Below are positions 24,973 to 35,641 of a stretch of 64,000 nucleotides of DNA, in pieces (within the stretch, counting starts at the first letter, position 1; every line of letters begins with the position of its first letter). The stretch comes from an uncultured virus (IMG/VR IMGVR_UViG_3300048552_000127) (Duplodnaviria; Heunggongvirae; Uroviricota; Caudoviricetes), in the IMG/VR virus record IMGVR_UViG_3300048552_000127; one strand, given 5' to 3'. The translations under genes were made by a program, and so were the position numbers. The notes under the pieces are model-generated. The model saw nothing but the letters and a program-made list of their open reading frames with translations. It did not search any database and was not told the DNA's origin.

Positions 24973-25643
24973 ATAAACCCCTATTAATTAAGTATTGCAC
25001 TAAAATGGTGCGTTATGTATATGATTGATTACTCAGTAGCATAATATAAGCAAACGGATGTAACACAGAGAGGCACATTAGCCAAAAATGTTACCATAAA
25101 GGGTACATCTGAAAACCACCCTACACCTAGTGTAGATGTAATTATGCCTATAAACATAGGTATTAATACTACAAAGATAAACCATTTCATAACTTTTACT
25201 CTATTAATTGATTAAGATTACATTATATACATACCTAAGCAAATAACAACAGTTTGCATATAATATATTAGAATAAACAACTCATATATTGCTTTACTTG
25301 GTTATAGCAACGTATAAGCTGCCTTATAATTACGTTAATTACAGTATAACACATGATACATCTGGTGAATACAGCTAAGTCCAACTACGTTAGATTAATT
25401 AGTTATTAGCACAGTTATTCTAATAATATAATGATTAGTAGCGTATTATACTACTTTTTCATAAGAATATAGTGTTTTATAGCTAATTAGTATTAAATAT
25501 TGGTTGTATTTTATAGGGAAATGTGTTAAGCATATTCTTAGTATTATTCTTAATACTAATTATACCCATATTATCTACCAGATAAGCATATTGCTAGTAT
25601 TTATAATAATCCCAACATACTCAAATAGTTATACTATCTAATA

Positions 25644-26012
25644 TTAATCATTTAACCTTCTTTCATAATAATGTCCATTAACTGTTGTGCTAATATACAT
25701 ATAATCCTCATGTATTCCGTAAGTATCGCCTAACATACTATAACCAATATTACAATTATTATCTTTTTGTAGTGTTATAAACATAGCTTCTACTTTATCC
25801 AGTATTAGATTAGCTTCTATTTGATTATGTTTATATTCTTCTAATCTCTTAGCTTCCTTTAGTTTTAAACTTTTTAAGGCTTCATCCTCACTATAAAACC
25901 AATTAATAGGTAAATCATCATCATCTTTATCTATAAACTTACTTACTAATCTTTTAGCAATAGGACTACATGAGTATTTATTAGCATATATTTTAACTCT
26001 GCAATTTTTCAT
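25644..26012 (-). CDS. Hypothetical protein
   Basis: 122 aa; TTGACA..TATAAT promoter at 26050-26077. Confidence 0.7.
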   Translation of the reverse strand: MKNCRVKIYANKYSCSPIAKRLVSKFIDKDDDDLPINWFYSEDEALKSLKLKEAKRLEEYKHNQIEANLILDKVEAMFITLQKDNNCNIGYSMLGDTYGIHEDYMYISTTVNGHYYERRLND

Positions 26013-26556
26013 AACACCCTCTTTAATAATTTAATTAGTTAATATACACATTATATACTATCCTTACACATTGTCAATAGCAATTATACATATAGCTTTA
26101 TTAGTTAATTATCCAATAAATCCTTATATATGCGTGTTTGAGCAATAGCCCCGCTATTGTGAGTAGCATATGAGAATATGATTTTATTAATATAGACTAT
26201 TTAATTAGTTAAAACAAAAGGGCGGGGGCGGTACGCCTCTGTCCCCTCTCAATATATACTTTGTTTGAATATCAGCTATGCTGGTATGAGTTTGTATATA
26301 AACATAGTATATATAATATACAGTATAATTAATAGTAATCATTTAGTATAAGAACTATAAAGCGTTGCTTTAATATACATCTATTAACATTATGAGCTAA
26401 TCTATGATTAAATCTATGATTAGTTTAGAATGGAATGTTTAGGAGTGTAAACGAGTAAACATTAACTAATGGTTATTGGATTTACTCTTTGTTATTTATT
26501 GTGTGAATTATTAATTTATATAATAGTCTTTATATTGTGAAAAACTTGCCATAAAA

Positions 26557-26712
26557 TTGTGCAATATATAAAGTAGTTTATTAAGACATTGCTATAAGTC
26601 ATTGATATATATAGATATTATTGCTTGTGAATTTATTACTAACTTATGGTTACTTGTGCAATATATAAAGTAGTTTGTTAAGAGTGTGTTATAAGTTATT
26701 GATTTATATAGA
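26557..26712. repeat. 59-bp direct repeat pair, each copy with an IHF consensus
   Basis: TTGTGCAATATATAAAGTAGTTT...TAAGT(C/T)ATTGAT at 26557 and 26654; reverse complement matches WATCAANNNNTTR. Confidence 0.75.
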
Positions 26713-26924
26713 AAAATAGGGTAGTAATTGTCGTATTTTTGTAATAGTATCGGTTAAATATTATACAGGCAATTGCTACCTATTGTTGTGTTATTTTTTA
26801 TAAATTGCCCTCTATTGATCCATCATCATAAACCCTTCTAACGTGGTATAACTCACCATTTGCAAGCTCCACCGCGTCATTTTCTTTAATATTTAACCTA
26901 TTATCTATCAATTAAACACCACTA

Positions 26925-26960
26925 ATAACAGGGATTCCTTTGTTTTGTAGTGTTATGTGT
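26925..26960 (+). repeat. Second copy of the array-terminal site
   Basis: 35/36 identity to the reverse complement of 12148-12183. Confidence 0.85.
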
Positions 26961-27156
26961 TAGCCCATTCAACAAGGGCACTTATTTTTTCATGCGTTCT
27001 TTCTAATTGCTCTATAGTCATACTTTTAAAGTCAATTGGTGAGCCATCACAAAAATTAACATCTATGATATGTTTTGCATACTTTTCCATCATCACAGCT
27101 GTATGCGTTGTAGGGTCTTCACGCATTGTCTTTGTTAAAAACTCTTTTGATTTCAT
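26953..27156 (-). CDS. Hypothetical protein, possibly cassette-derived
   Basis: ATG at 27154-27156 after GGAG; its stop lies in an ACATAAC core. Confidence 0.65.
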   Translation of the reverse strand: MKSKEFLTKTMREDPTTHTAVMMEKYAKHIIDVNFCDGSPIDFKSMTIEQLERTHEKISALVEWANT

Positions 27157-27195
27157 GTATTTCTCCAATATAAAATAGGGTGGCTTATATTAGCT

Positions 27196-27378
27196 CTAAC
27201 TAAAAACAGCTAATTGTTGTTTCTGCTCATGTGTTTGTATTAACACTAGCACAGATTGTAAACTATACGCCTCAGAATGTAAAGGGATATTACAGAATAA
27301 AGCTATATATTTATTGGCTGTTTTATAAATAGTGTAGCGTGTATCTTTGTTGTTTAGTGGTATGTTGTAAGTGTTCAT
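27196..27378 (-). CDS. Hypothetical protein
   Basis: 60 aa, promoter at 27421-27448. Confidence 0.6.
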   Translation of the reverse strand: MNTYNIPLNNKDTRYTIYKTANKYIALFCNIPLHSEAYSLQSVLVLIQTHEQKQQLAVFS

Positions 27379-27471
27379 AATATAAGCCTTTCTAGTTAAT
27401 TAATTATTTAATATATGCTAATTATAAAGCAATAAAACACCTTGTCAATAGAAATTACATAAATAATTCAA

Positions 27472-27747
27472 TTATTCTAATGTTTCAAGGTTTAAATAGC
27501 CCGATTTATCCATAATAAACACATAATTCCCCACTTCTTGTCTTTTAATCCCTAGTAAAATCATATCATCCTTGATCACTTGATAAGTTTGCATGTGATC
27601 CGTACAAAAGCCGTTATCGAGGGAGTTATCTAGCCTATTGGTAAACTCGCACATAGTTTGTACTAGATCGTCATGTAACACTTGATCAAGTTGAATACTT
27701 TGTAATTGCTCACTTCTACTTTTGTTATTACCAAATAATCCTAACAT
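27472..27747 (-). CDS. Hypothetical protein
   Basis: 91 aa, AAGGTG RBS. Confidence 0.65.
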   Translation of the reverse strand: MLGLFGNNKSRSEQLQSIQLDQVLHDDLVQTMCEFTNRLDNSLDNGFCTDHMQTYQVIKDDMILLGIKRQEVGNYVFIMDKSGYLNLETLE

Positions 27748-27918
27748 AATTTATACACCTTTATTATTAATAATCATCTTCTAACTCAGCACTACAACAA
27801 TCAGATACTAAATCGTATTCTGTGTGATACGCTATAGACCCCCAAAACTCTGATATTTCTATAGTCTCGTTAACTTTAACAACGTCACACGGTTGGTCAC
27901 ATTTTGAGCATGTATTCA

Positions 27919-28527
27919 TTATGCTTCTAATACAGTCATAATAGTGGTGTTTTCTGTATGGTAGCCGTTTGTATAGTACTCATATGCGATAGTTTGTATG
28001 ACGTTATCCAGCACGATAGACTGTCCGAAACAAGTACGCCCCCAATACGTATCGTCTAACGTACATTCGCCCTTTTCTTCTAATTTATATATTAAATAAT
28101 CAGAACATAAGAACCACTGGGAAATTTCATGGTTCTCGTCAAATACCATGTTAATAAGATCATCACAAATAGCATCCAATCTGCAATAATTATCTGTAGA
28201 TTTATATTGTGCATCCGTCTCAGGTTCACGACTACACATAACCTCATCGGCCTTGTCACGCAAGTATTCATAAAACTCTAACTTCACATCACGTTCTGTT
28301 TCTGTTAACTGGTAATACCCCCCACCTACCTCAACACTGCCAAAACTCTCGTTATTTGTAATGTCACTGTAATTGAAAGGCGCACTACCATATTCCCAAC
28401 TCTTTTCCAATATATATTCTACAACGTCATTTTGCATGATGACAGTTTGTGTGCTAATAAAAGTATTAGCTAGTTCTTGTTTTTGTGAGTCGTTTAATTC
28501 TGAAAATGATTTATATTGAGTAGTCAT
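27919..28527 (-). CDS. Phage hypothetical acidic protein
   Basis: 202 aa, C-terminal W..SD.L..KL...GE...WGRT..GQ.I.LD motif. Confidence 0.75.
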   Translation of the reverse strand: MTTQYKSFSELNDSQKQELANTFISTQTVIMQNDVVEYILEKSWEYGSAPFNYSDITNNESFGSVEVGGGYYQLTETERDVKLEFYEYLRDKADEVMCSREPETDAQYKSTDNYCRLDAICDDLINMVFDENHEISQWFLCSDYLIYKLEEKGECTLDDTYWGRTCFGQSIVLDNVIQTIAYEYYTNGYHTENTTIMTVLEA

Positions 28528-28831
28528 GTTATCACCTTAGGTATTACCTTTTTAAATAAGTTATTTTAACTGTTTTATTTGTTTAATTCGCGGCGAGTTA
28601 TTATACGATAATAACCACCTTCATTTTCCTTGTATGCCTTCTTATCTTCATATACTTCTTTAAAAGATTCACTGCAAGTGAGATCCTCCCAGCCGTAACC
28701 ATAATTACCCTGTAACACGTTTAGATATAGATATTTATTCATATTATTCACCTTTAGTTTTTAAATGAGTTATTTTGTTAAGTTGTCGCTAATTATAAGC
28801 GTTTATTTTTGTGTGTCAATTGTTTATTTGA

Positions 28832-29101
28832 TTATATTGAAGAAAAAGGAATATTATTTTCTTTTAATACATTTATTAGTTCATGCGTATTTATAGCATT
28901 ATTAAAGCCAGTATAACTATGTAATTCACATAATTCTACAATCTCACAGGAAATAAACCATTGTAAATCTATTTCATCATCTGCGACTACGTACCACTTG
29001 TTGTCATAACCTGTTTTAATAGGTAAAGAACGTGTAATATGTTTATAATGAAAGTATATTTTCTCTTCCTGTGAGTCCATAACTACGTTTAAAAGTGACA
29101 T
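28832..29101 (-). CDS. Hypothetical protein
   Basis: 89 aa, promoter at 29135-29162. Confidence 0.65.
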   Translation of the reverse strand: MSLLNVVMDSQEEKIYFHYKHITRSLPIKTGYDNKWYVVADDEIDLQWFISCEIVELCELHSYTGFNNAINTHELINVLKENNIPFSSI

Positions 29102-29470
29102 AATGTTTTTCCTGTATTTGATTAAGCTGTGCTAAGTATAAAGGTTTAAAAAACCTTGTCAATACTTATTTTAATTATTTTCTACATTTATTTAACATTG
29201 TAAACAATCTACTAATGTGGCGCGCTTTAGTAGACGAAGGTTTTAACCTATTACAAATAGAAATAGCGTTTAGTATTAGTTGCCTATTATTCATGTTATT
29301 TAATCCGCGCTCGTTTAATATGTAGCTATTATTAATGATGCATAAAACCTTGTCCAATAATAAAACATAATAAAGATTTAAATTAATATAACAATAAAGT
29401 ATTAGACAATTATTAGAATAATAACTACAGTAGTTACACATTAACAACAACAAGCAACGAGGGCAATAAA

Positions 29471-29557
29471 ATGGAATATGATGACTTTGATGTCTTAGAG
29501 TATTCAGATGATTTTACAGGTGGACAATTTACGGGCGAGGAATGGGGGGGAATGTAA
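29471..29557 (+). CDS. Very acidic 28-aa peptide (not in ORF track)
   Basis: GAGG RBS; MEYDDFDVLEYSDDFTGGQFTGEEWGGM; stop overlaps the next ATG. Confidence 0.45.
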   Translation: MEYDDFDVLEYSDDFTGGQFTGEEWGGM

Positions 29558-29733
29558 TGAATAGTTCAGAATATAACAGCGCAGTTCTAAGAGTGAATAA
29601 GGCGAACACCAAAGAAGAATTAAACAAGCTAGAAAAAAGTTTAATATGTTGCTACAATGCGGGCGTATTAAATGAAAAAGAACTAAGCAAGTTAGATGAA
29701 AAAATAATGCACAAATTAGCGTTATTAGGCTAG
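29557..29733 (+). CDS. Hypothetical protein
   Basis: 58 aa from the coupled ATG (ORF track 29542-29733). Confidence 0.6.
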   Translation: MNSSEYNSAVLRVNKANTKEELNKLEKSLICCYNAGVLNEKELSKLDEKIMHKLALLG

Positions 29734-29963
29734 ACAAACCTAGTTTGCTTTGTTATTATATCCATGAGCTAAGGGAATAGCTCGCTTACCAATGCAATGC
29801 AACGGGGGTTAACAATACGGGCAACACGCCTGTAATTCTATATAACTAAATGGAATAAGAGATATACCTATTATAACTAATAAGTATAAGGGAATTTTTA
29901 TATATTTTTATACGAATATTTTTGAAAGTGTAGATGAAAAAGCCAATTTGACGTGTTTGAATT

Positions 29964-30197
29964 TCAAGATGAGATTGCTCTCTTGATAAAATTTCCATCC
30001 TCAAATAACAAAGCCTCTTCTAATAACCCTCCAGTGACATTAACACACACTATATAACTACGAAGAGATATAGATAGAGCCATCTCCCTAGCTTCTAGGA
30101 AATAGCCCTCAGCATATTCAATATAATGGACACTACAATCATCTTTTAATATCTCTAACACGTAAGGATTACATATGTCTACATATTTATTTTTCAC
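29964..30197 (-). CDS. Hypothetical protein
   Basis: 77 aa, GAGGTG RBS. Confidence 0.55.
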   Translation of the reverse strand: MKNKYVDICNPYVLEILKDDCSVHYIEYAEGYFLEAREMALSISLRSYIVCVNVTGGLLEEALLFEDGNFIKRAISS

Positions 30198-30253
30198 TCT
30201 ACACCTCTACATATATTTGAAAGTTCACATCAAAAAGTTCTCTTGATGAAAAT

Positions 30254-30460
30254 TTATCCAACTATCAGGACTAATCCTATCATAATTAAACTCCACAAAG
30301 CCACGCACCCAGCCCCTACAGATAAAAATACATAGAATAGAGAGGGATTATCCTCTTCAAAACCTGTCCATTCGTAATAATCCTTCTGTCTAAAGAACTT
30401 AGTAATACTCCAATATGATACAGCAGTTCCAATTACAGCCCATACAATTAATGTCACCAT
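30254..30460 (-). CDS. Small two-TM membrane protein
   Basis: Two hydrophobic segments. Confidence 0.6.
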   Translation of the reverse strand: MVTLIVWAVIGTAVSYWSITKFFRQKDYYEWTGFEEDNPSLFYVFLSVGAGCVALWSLIMIGLVLIVG

Positions 30461-30461
30461 T

Positions 30462-30737
30462 TTACACTTCCTCTTTTAGTTTAAAATTAATACACCCAAA
30501 ATCAGGTGTTGTTATAAAATCTGCATGGTAGTTTTCACCATCCCGTACAAACATATTCCCATTAGTAGTAGGCAGTTTGTGTACAAAGCATTGGTAAGGT
30601 TCTGACACTTCCACCTCTTCAACCATTTCCCACTGCAAGAATACAGCCTTAGTACATGCACCCATACCTACCAATGTGGTATAATCAACAGTACCGCCTT
30701 CTTCCCAATACATACAATCTTTACATGTACCACTCAT
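30462..30737 (-). CDS. Cys-rich hypothetical protein
   Basis: TCKDCMYW...GAC...DFGC. Confidence 0.7.
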   Translation of the reverse strand: MSGTCKDCMYWEEGGTVDYTTLVGMGACTKAVFLQWEMVEEVEVSEPYQCFVHKLPTTNGNMFVRDGENYHADFITTPDFGCINFKLKEEV

Positions 30738-30858
30738 TATAACACCTCTTTACATAAAAAACTAGAAAAATCTCTATAGAATATCCCTACATAAAATACG
30801 AGATTATTAATAATATACTACTAAGCATCCTCCTATATTAAACACACCTGAGAACGTC

Positions 30859-30955
30859 ATATAAGCCATCCTCAGAGCTTTTTAGCTAGTACCCTGTACT
30901 ACCCCACAGGGTAGGTAAATTCCCATATTTAAGGGGCTTAGAATGGCTTATATTA
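30859..30955 (-). repeat. Tripartite dispersed repeat, copy 5 (symmetric arms)
   Basis: ATATAAGCCATCCTCAGAGC..TACCCCACAGGGTA-N23-CTTAGAATGGCTTATAT. Confidence 0.85.
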
Positions 30956-30959
30956 ACTC

Positions 30960-31145
30960 TTAATTAAACTTCAAGAAACATACCCACACAAAGAAGAATA
31001 TACACGCTATAAGACATACTACATCTATACCCACACTTTTATCTTCTTTTCGGGGGTATTCAAGGAACATTAATTGTCCACATCGAATGACTATAGCCAC
31101 CATGCCCATATAAAATGCCACTGTTAAATACATATCAATATTCAT
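30960..31145 (-). CDS. Small two-TM membrane protein
   Basis: 61 aa, hydrophobic. Confidence 0.6.
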   Translation of the reverse strand: MNIDMYLTVAFYMGMVAIVIRCGQLMFLEYPRKEDKSVGIDVVCLIACIFFFVWVCFLKFN

Positions 31146-31147
31146 TA

Positions 31148-31765
31148 TTACTCTCCAATTTTATCAATCCAAGCACTCACGGTATTGCGGTGCTTACCAG
31201 TAATTTCACTTACTTCAGATATTGTATGCCCATCAGCCAATAATTGCAAGGCTTTTTCTTTAATATCTGATTTATTTTCCAACTTATCTAATCTCTTATC
31301 TGTAGCTACAGCGTGATCTACTAACAATCCCGTAATGTTCTCAAGATTAGCCACTCTATTAGCAAGATTAACTTGGTCGCTCACACTATTCAAGAAGCTA
31401 CTGAGTGTACTGGCAGAACGTATATTACGCTTAGTGCCGCTGTTCCACACCTTAGTCTCCCGCATAAGAGAGAATGTAGGATGATCTTTATTCTGCCTAA
31501 TACTATAATCTATCACATTCTTATAGATAGGACTATGCTTGATCTCATCCACCCAATCATCTTTTTTAGTGTACTTATCAGATATGGCTTGCAAGGCTTT
31601 ATTTGCATTGTCACCACTATCTAATACATACTTATAAGCACTCTCAGTCTCATCTTTAGTAGCCCTCACTCTCTTCTGTATTACACCAGAGTCTATCAAA
31701 TCCTGTATTAGATTAGAACGTTCAGACTCTTGAGTGGAAAGGAGAGTTTTAAGTTCTTTACTCAT
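31148..31765 (-). CDS. DNA-binding protein with C-terminal helix-turn-helix
   Basis: ALQLLADGHTISEVSEITGKHRNTVSAW. Confidence 0.75.
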   Translation of the reverse strand: MSKELKTLLSTQESERSNLIQDLIDSGVIQKRVRATKDETESAYKYVLDSGDNANKALQAISDKYTKKDDWVDEIKHSPIYKNVIDYSIRQNKDHPTFSLMRETKVWNSGTKRNIRSASTLSSFLNSVSDQVNLANRVANLENITGLLVDHAVATDKRLDKLENKSDIKEKALQLLADGHTISEVSEITGKHRNTVSAWIDKIGE

Positions 31766-31835
31766 CAGACACCCTCTTAATAAAATTCCAGAAAAATCCT
31801 ATACGAATAATCCCCCATAAAATACCCCACACATA

Positions 31836-32063
31836 TTACATGCGGTTAGTAATAAAATCCCACTGAATCCTATCTCCATTATTGTAAATCCTATACACCT
31901 CATGCCCTAATAAATAAGCTGTATTGTTATTGTGATCTAATCCCCACATCATCATACGTGCATCATCTACAATTTGCAATTGAATACTCTCTTCTTTACA
32001 ACGTAATGATAGTTCATCTTGGAACTCTTTCTTCTTCCATTGTTTGAAATCTGCTGGTGTCAT
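31836..32063 (-). CDS. Hypothetical protein
   Basis: 75 aa, AGGAG RBS. Confidence 0.6.
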   Translation of the reverse strand: MTPADFKQWKKKEFQDELSLRCKEESIQLQIVDDARMMMWGLDHNNNTAYLLGHEVYRIYNNGDRIQWDFITNRM

Positions 32064-32076
32064 ATTATTCTCCTAA

Positions 32077-32274
32077 TTAATGAACTCTAACTGCTGCATT
32101 CATAAAAGTATCTACATCTACGAATATCTTATAGTTTCTCACGTAACATCTGCCTTTGTCAACATATATTTCTCTATCTGAATACTTCCCCAACTTCCAC
32201 TTACAATTCTCTATGGTCATATCAGGAATAGGAGAGAGGAGAAGTAGAGATAGTCCTATAATGTATTTACTCAT
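32077..32274 (-). CDS. Hypothetical exported protein
   Basis: Hydrophobic N-terminus; promoter at 32306-32334. Confidence 0.55.
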   Translation of the reverse strand: MSKYIIGLSLLLLSPIPDMTIENCKWKLGKYSDREIYVDKGRCYVRNYKIFVDVDTFMNAAVRVH

Positions 32275-32305
32275 TTTTACATACCTACTTATTTAATACT
32301 CAGTA

Positions 32306-32417
32306 ATAATAAACTAATGCAACAGGCCTGTCAACACTTATTTACAGATATTAATAAGAATCTAATACCATTAAATTACTAATAAGGGTTGACACAAGAG
32401 GATAAGGATGATAGTAT
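32306..32417. promoter_or_regulatory. Divergent sigma70 promoter pair
   Basis: Minus TTGACA-N17-TATTAT (32306-32334); plus TTGACA-N17-TAGTAT (32389-32417). Confidence 0.7.
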
Positions 32418-32451
32418 GAGGTTTGAATTAATTATATTAAGGAATACAGTA

Positions 32452-32901
32452 ATGACACGTATCAATATAGTAGAACCTGAGCAACTAACTAAACAACACC
32501 TATTAGCTGAATACAGAGAGTTACCTAGAGTGTTCACACATATTCTTAAAGCAGCAGAGAAAGGTAAAACTACAGATGACTTTGATATTCCAGATAAATA
32601 CACTATTGGTAAAGGGCATGTCACGTTCTTCTATGATAAAGCAGATTATTTATACTGGCGATTCCATAATATAGCAGATGTATTAGAAGGTACATTTGAG
32701 GTTAATTTGAATAAAGATTTAATAGATAAGGTAGATAATGATTATGGTAAACTCCCAGGGTGGGCTTATGGAGAATACTCTCCAACACCAGAAGAGATAT
32801 ATTTGAATATGTATAGATTAGCAAATAGACACTTCTTCAAGTTGACTAATGATCACAATGATGATATTGTAGTTGCAATTACTAATAACGGAGATAAATA
32901 A
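32452..32901 (+). CDS. denV: Pyrimidine dimer DNA glycosylase (T4 endonuclease V-like)
   Basis: MTRIN...QHLLAEYRELPRVF, GKGHVTFFYDK; ATG at 32452 gives the catalytic Thr2. Confidence 0.93.
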   Translation: MTRINIVEPEQLTKQHLLAEYRELPRVFTHILKAAEKGKTTDDFDIPDKYTIGKGHVTFFYDKADYLYWRFHNIADVLEGTFEVNLNKDLIDKVDNDYGKLPGWAYGEYSPTPEEIYLNMYRLANRHFFKLTNDHNDDIVVAITNNGDK

Positions 32902-33323
32902 TGAGTAAGAAATTGACTAAAGAAGAAGTAACATTATTCCCACAATTTGTATATAATGCTATTATGACACCAGACGGTACTATATTACATTCAAAACATA
33001 GACATGATTATATCTTATATGAAGATGCTAATGGCGAAAAATATATGCTAGATGGAGGTAATGACTATAGACGTACACATATCAATGAACAAGAAGCTAC
33101 AGATATATCAGTGACATACAGTGACAGCATAGATAAGATAAGAGAGCATCTAGTGTGGGGTACTTATGGTATAGAGGGATCATTAGAGCTTAAAGAAGTA
33201 TTATTAAAAGATATGAGTAATGACCATATTAAAGCAATTATTAATGATGGATATAAATTAAACCCTGTGATGAAATTAGAGTTGCTTTATAGGGCAGAGA
33301 ATGGTATTATTATTTTAGATTAA
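32901..33323 (+). CDS. Phage hypothetical protein
   Basis: NAIMTPDGTILHSKHRHDY...DGGNDY...WGTYG. Confidence 0.7.
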   Translation: MSKKLTKEEVTLFPQFVYNAIMTPDGTILHSKHRHDYILYEDANGEKYMLDGGNDYRRTHINEQEATDISVTYSDSIDKIREHLVWGTYGIEGSLELKEVLLKDMSNDHIKAIINDGYKLNPVMKLELLYRAENGIIILD

Positions 33324-33339
33324 TTAATTAGAGGTTTAG

Positions 33340-34587
33340 ATGAACACACAAGAAGATGCTATTAATGCCATCAAATCTGGAAATAATGTAGCTCTATTCG
33401 CTTCGGCAGGAAAAGGGAAGTCATATATTATTAAACAGATGTTAGACCAATTCACTGTGCTTGTAGCTCCCACTGGTATAGCCGCGCTTAACATAGGCGG
33501 TGAAACAGCTCACAGCATCTTTGGACTACCTTTTGGTATACCCGTAGAGAAGGATAAGACATCACATAGTAAGTCCTTTGTGGAATTATTTGGAGGCAAT
33601 AGTAAGATTAAAAGGGTTATCTTTGATGAAGCACCTATGTTATTATCTTGCCACTTAGATTTAATTGATGTTAAACTTAGACATATTAAGAAGATTAATA
33701 AGCCATTTGGAGGTATCCAAGTAATTCTCACTGGAGACCCATTTCAACTGCCACCAATCATTTCAGCACAGGATAAAAGATTATATAGAACCCTGTACCG
33801 AAGTGGATTTATATTTGATTCTAAAGTGTGGGATAAGGCTAATTTCCAAGTATTAGGTTTAGATAAGGTTTATAGACAAAGTGATGTAGAACAGATTAGA
33901 TTACTAGATGCTATACGTTCTAAAGGAGATGGGTGGAAACAAGCTGTAGTAGACATTAATAATATGTGTAAATACGAAGCTAATGATAACACTCTGAATC
34001 TATGTGTATTCAATAAAGATGCAGATATTACTAACGAGAAGCATTATAAGAAGAATACTAATAAGCCTAAGCAATATGCAGCTATTATTAAAGGTAAGTT
34101 TAAATCTAAAGATTGTATCGTAGACCCTATTATTAGTCTTAAAGAAGGATTACGTGTTATTATTTGTGCCAACTGTCCAGACAAAGCATATAAGAATGGT
34201 CAAATGGGTGAAATAGTTTCTTTACATGATGATTATGTTATGGTAAAGTTAGACAATGGTGGCGTAGTAAGTGTAGAGCCTAATAAATGGGAATCTCATA
34301 AATACAGCAACGGTGTTACAGGATTGAAGCGAAGTGTTATAGGCTCTTGCACTCAGATACCTATTAGACAAGGTAATAGTATATCCATTCACAAATCACA
34401 GAGCTTGACCTTAGACAATGTAGTGATTAATATGGGTAAAGGTGCATTCAGCCCTGCATTAACTTATGTAGCATTATCAAGAGTTAGAGATTTAAGAAAT
34501 GTAGCACTCACTAGACCAATAAAAGAATCTGATATTATTATTGACAAACGTGTACAGACATATTATAATACTTTAAAACTTAAATAA
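33340..34587 (+). CDS. PIF1/RecD-like SF1B DNA helicase
   Basis: SAGKGKS, APTGIAA, FGGIQVILTGDPFQLPP, YRQSD, SIHKSQ, YVALSR. Confidence 0.92.
   Translation: MNTQEDAINAIKSGNNVALFASAGKGKSYIIKQMLDQFTVLVAPTGIAALNIGGETAHSIFGLPFGIPVEKDKTSHSKSFVELFGGNSKIKRVIFDEAPMLLSCHLDLIDVKLRHIKKINKPFGGIQVILTGDPFQLPPIISAQDKRLYRTLYRSGFIFDSKVWDKANFQVLGLDKVYRQSDVEQIRLLDAIRSKGDGWKQAVVDINNMCKYEANDNTLNLCVFNKDADITNEKHYKKNTNKPKQYAAIIKGKFKSKDCIVDPIISLKEGLRVIICANCPDKAYKNGQMGEIVSLHDDYVMVKLDNGGVVSVEPNKWESHKYSNGVTGLKRSVIGSCTQIPIRQGNSISIHKSQSLTLDNVVINMGKGAFSPALTYVALSRVRDLRNVALTRPIKESDIIIDKRVQTYYNTLKLK
34541..34569 (+). promoter_or_regulatory. Consensus sigma70 promoter
   Basis: TTGACA-N17-TATAAT. Confidence 0.75.
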
Positions 34588-34769
34588 AACTAGGAGAATA
34601 CTATGTTCGTTATTATTACTTGGAATAAAGATGAAGTAGAATACACACGCTTACTTGAAGATGAAGACGTTTGCACGTTAGTCTTTGACACATTTGTAGA
34701 GGCAACAGATTATACATGGGCTAATGAAGAATTATTAGATGATACATTTAAGATTGTGGAGTTAAGTTA

Positions 34770-34979
34770 ATGAACCTTAAAAACAGTACATTTGAAACAC
34801 CATTTGGATATACAGACAGCAATCATGCTCCTACTAACTTAACTAAAGTAGATGTAATATGTTTATACGGAGGACATGTCACATATTGCAATAACTTTGT
34901 TGTTTATAATAAAGAACGGTATTGGGATACAGTGGGTAATATTATTGATGATGTAGTGGCTTGGAAGCGGAGGTATTAA
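34770..34979 (+). CDS. Hypothetical protein
   Basis: 69 aa in a tight operon. Confidence 0.55.
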   Translation: MNLKNSTFETPFGYTDSNHAPTNLTKVDVICLYGGHVTYCNNFVVYNKERYWDTVGNIIDDVVAWKRRY

Positions 34980-34980
34980 G

Positions 34981-35181
34981 GTGAAATTAAGCGAGTGTAC
35001 CATAGGTAAGGCAGTACAATACTCACACCTGAGTTATGATGAAGCTATAAAGGATGGTTCAGGGTTTGGACATATTAAGAGGTTTCATTATACAGATAGA
35101 GGTATAAAAGTAGGTTTCGTGTGTCCGAACGGTAAACTTCTATTTGCATACCATGATGAATTAAAACCATTAGAGGATTAA
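34981..35181 (+). CDS. Hypothetical protein
   Basis: 66 aa, GGAGG RBS. Confidence 0.55.
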   Translation: MKLSECTIGKAVQYSHLSYDEAIKDGSGFGHIKRFHYTDRGIKVGFVCPNGKLLFAYHDELKPLED

Positions 35182-35183
35182 TC

Positions 35184-35417
35184 ATGACAGGTATTATAAC
35201 AAGTGACACAGACTTATGTACTTTACTTAGGAAGTATAACAATACTCCTTCTACGTTGAATGTCCAAGCGGCAAATAGGATAGTAGAGTTGAGATATTGT
35301 TTAGATATAGTTAAGACTAACCTGTGGCAATTATCTTTTGGAAGAGTACACCCGCAACAAGAGATACTCACTATAGAACAAATAATTGATATAATTGATG
35401 ATTACAAGAGAGATTAA
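35184..35417 (+). CDS. Hypothetical protein
   Basis: 77 aa. Confidence 0.55.
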   Translation: MTGIITSDTDLCTLLRKYNNTPSTLNVQAANRIVELRYCLDIVKTNLWQLSFGRVHPQQEILTIEQIIDIIDDYKRD

Positions 35418-35419
35418 AC

Positions 35420-35632
35420 ATGTTGCTAACATTACACATCGTAGGTTGCGTATTCTTCTTTTTACTATCATACTCACTAGGCTTCTTTATTAGTCAAAAT
35501 CAATGTAATAAGAGTATGCAAACAATCTTAGCAGAACATATACAACATTATTTACAAGTAGGTATGAAGATAGGAAGAGAGCTAAATTCTGAGGAAAAGT
35601 TGCCAGATATTATTCCTCATAAAATACACTAG
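35420..35632 (+). CDS. Small membrane-anchored protein
   Basis: N-terminal TM segment. Confidence 0.55.
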   Translation: MLLTLHIVGCVFFFLLSYSLGFFISQNQCNKSMQTILAEHIQHYLQVGMKIGRELNSEEKLPDIIPHKIH

Positions 35633-35641
35633 AGAATTAAT

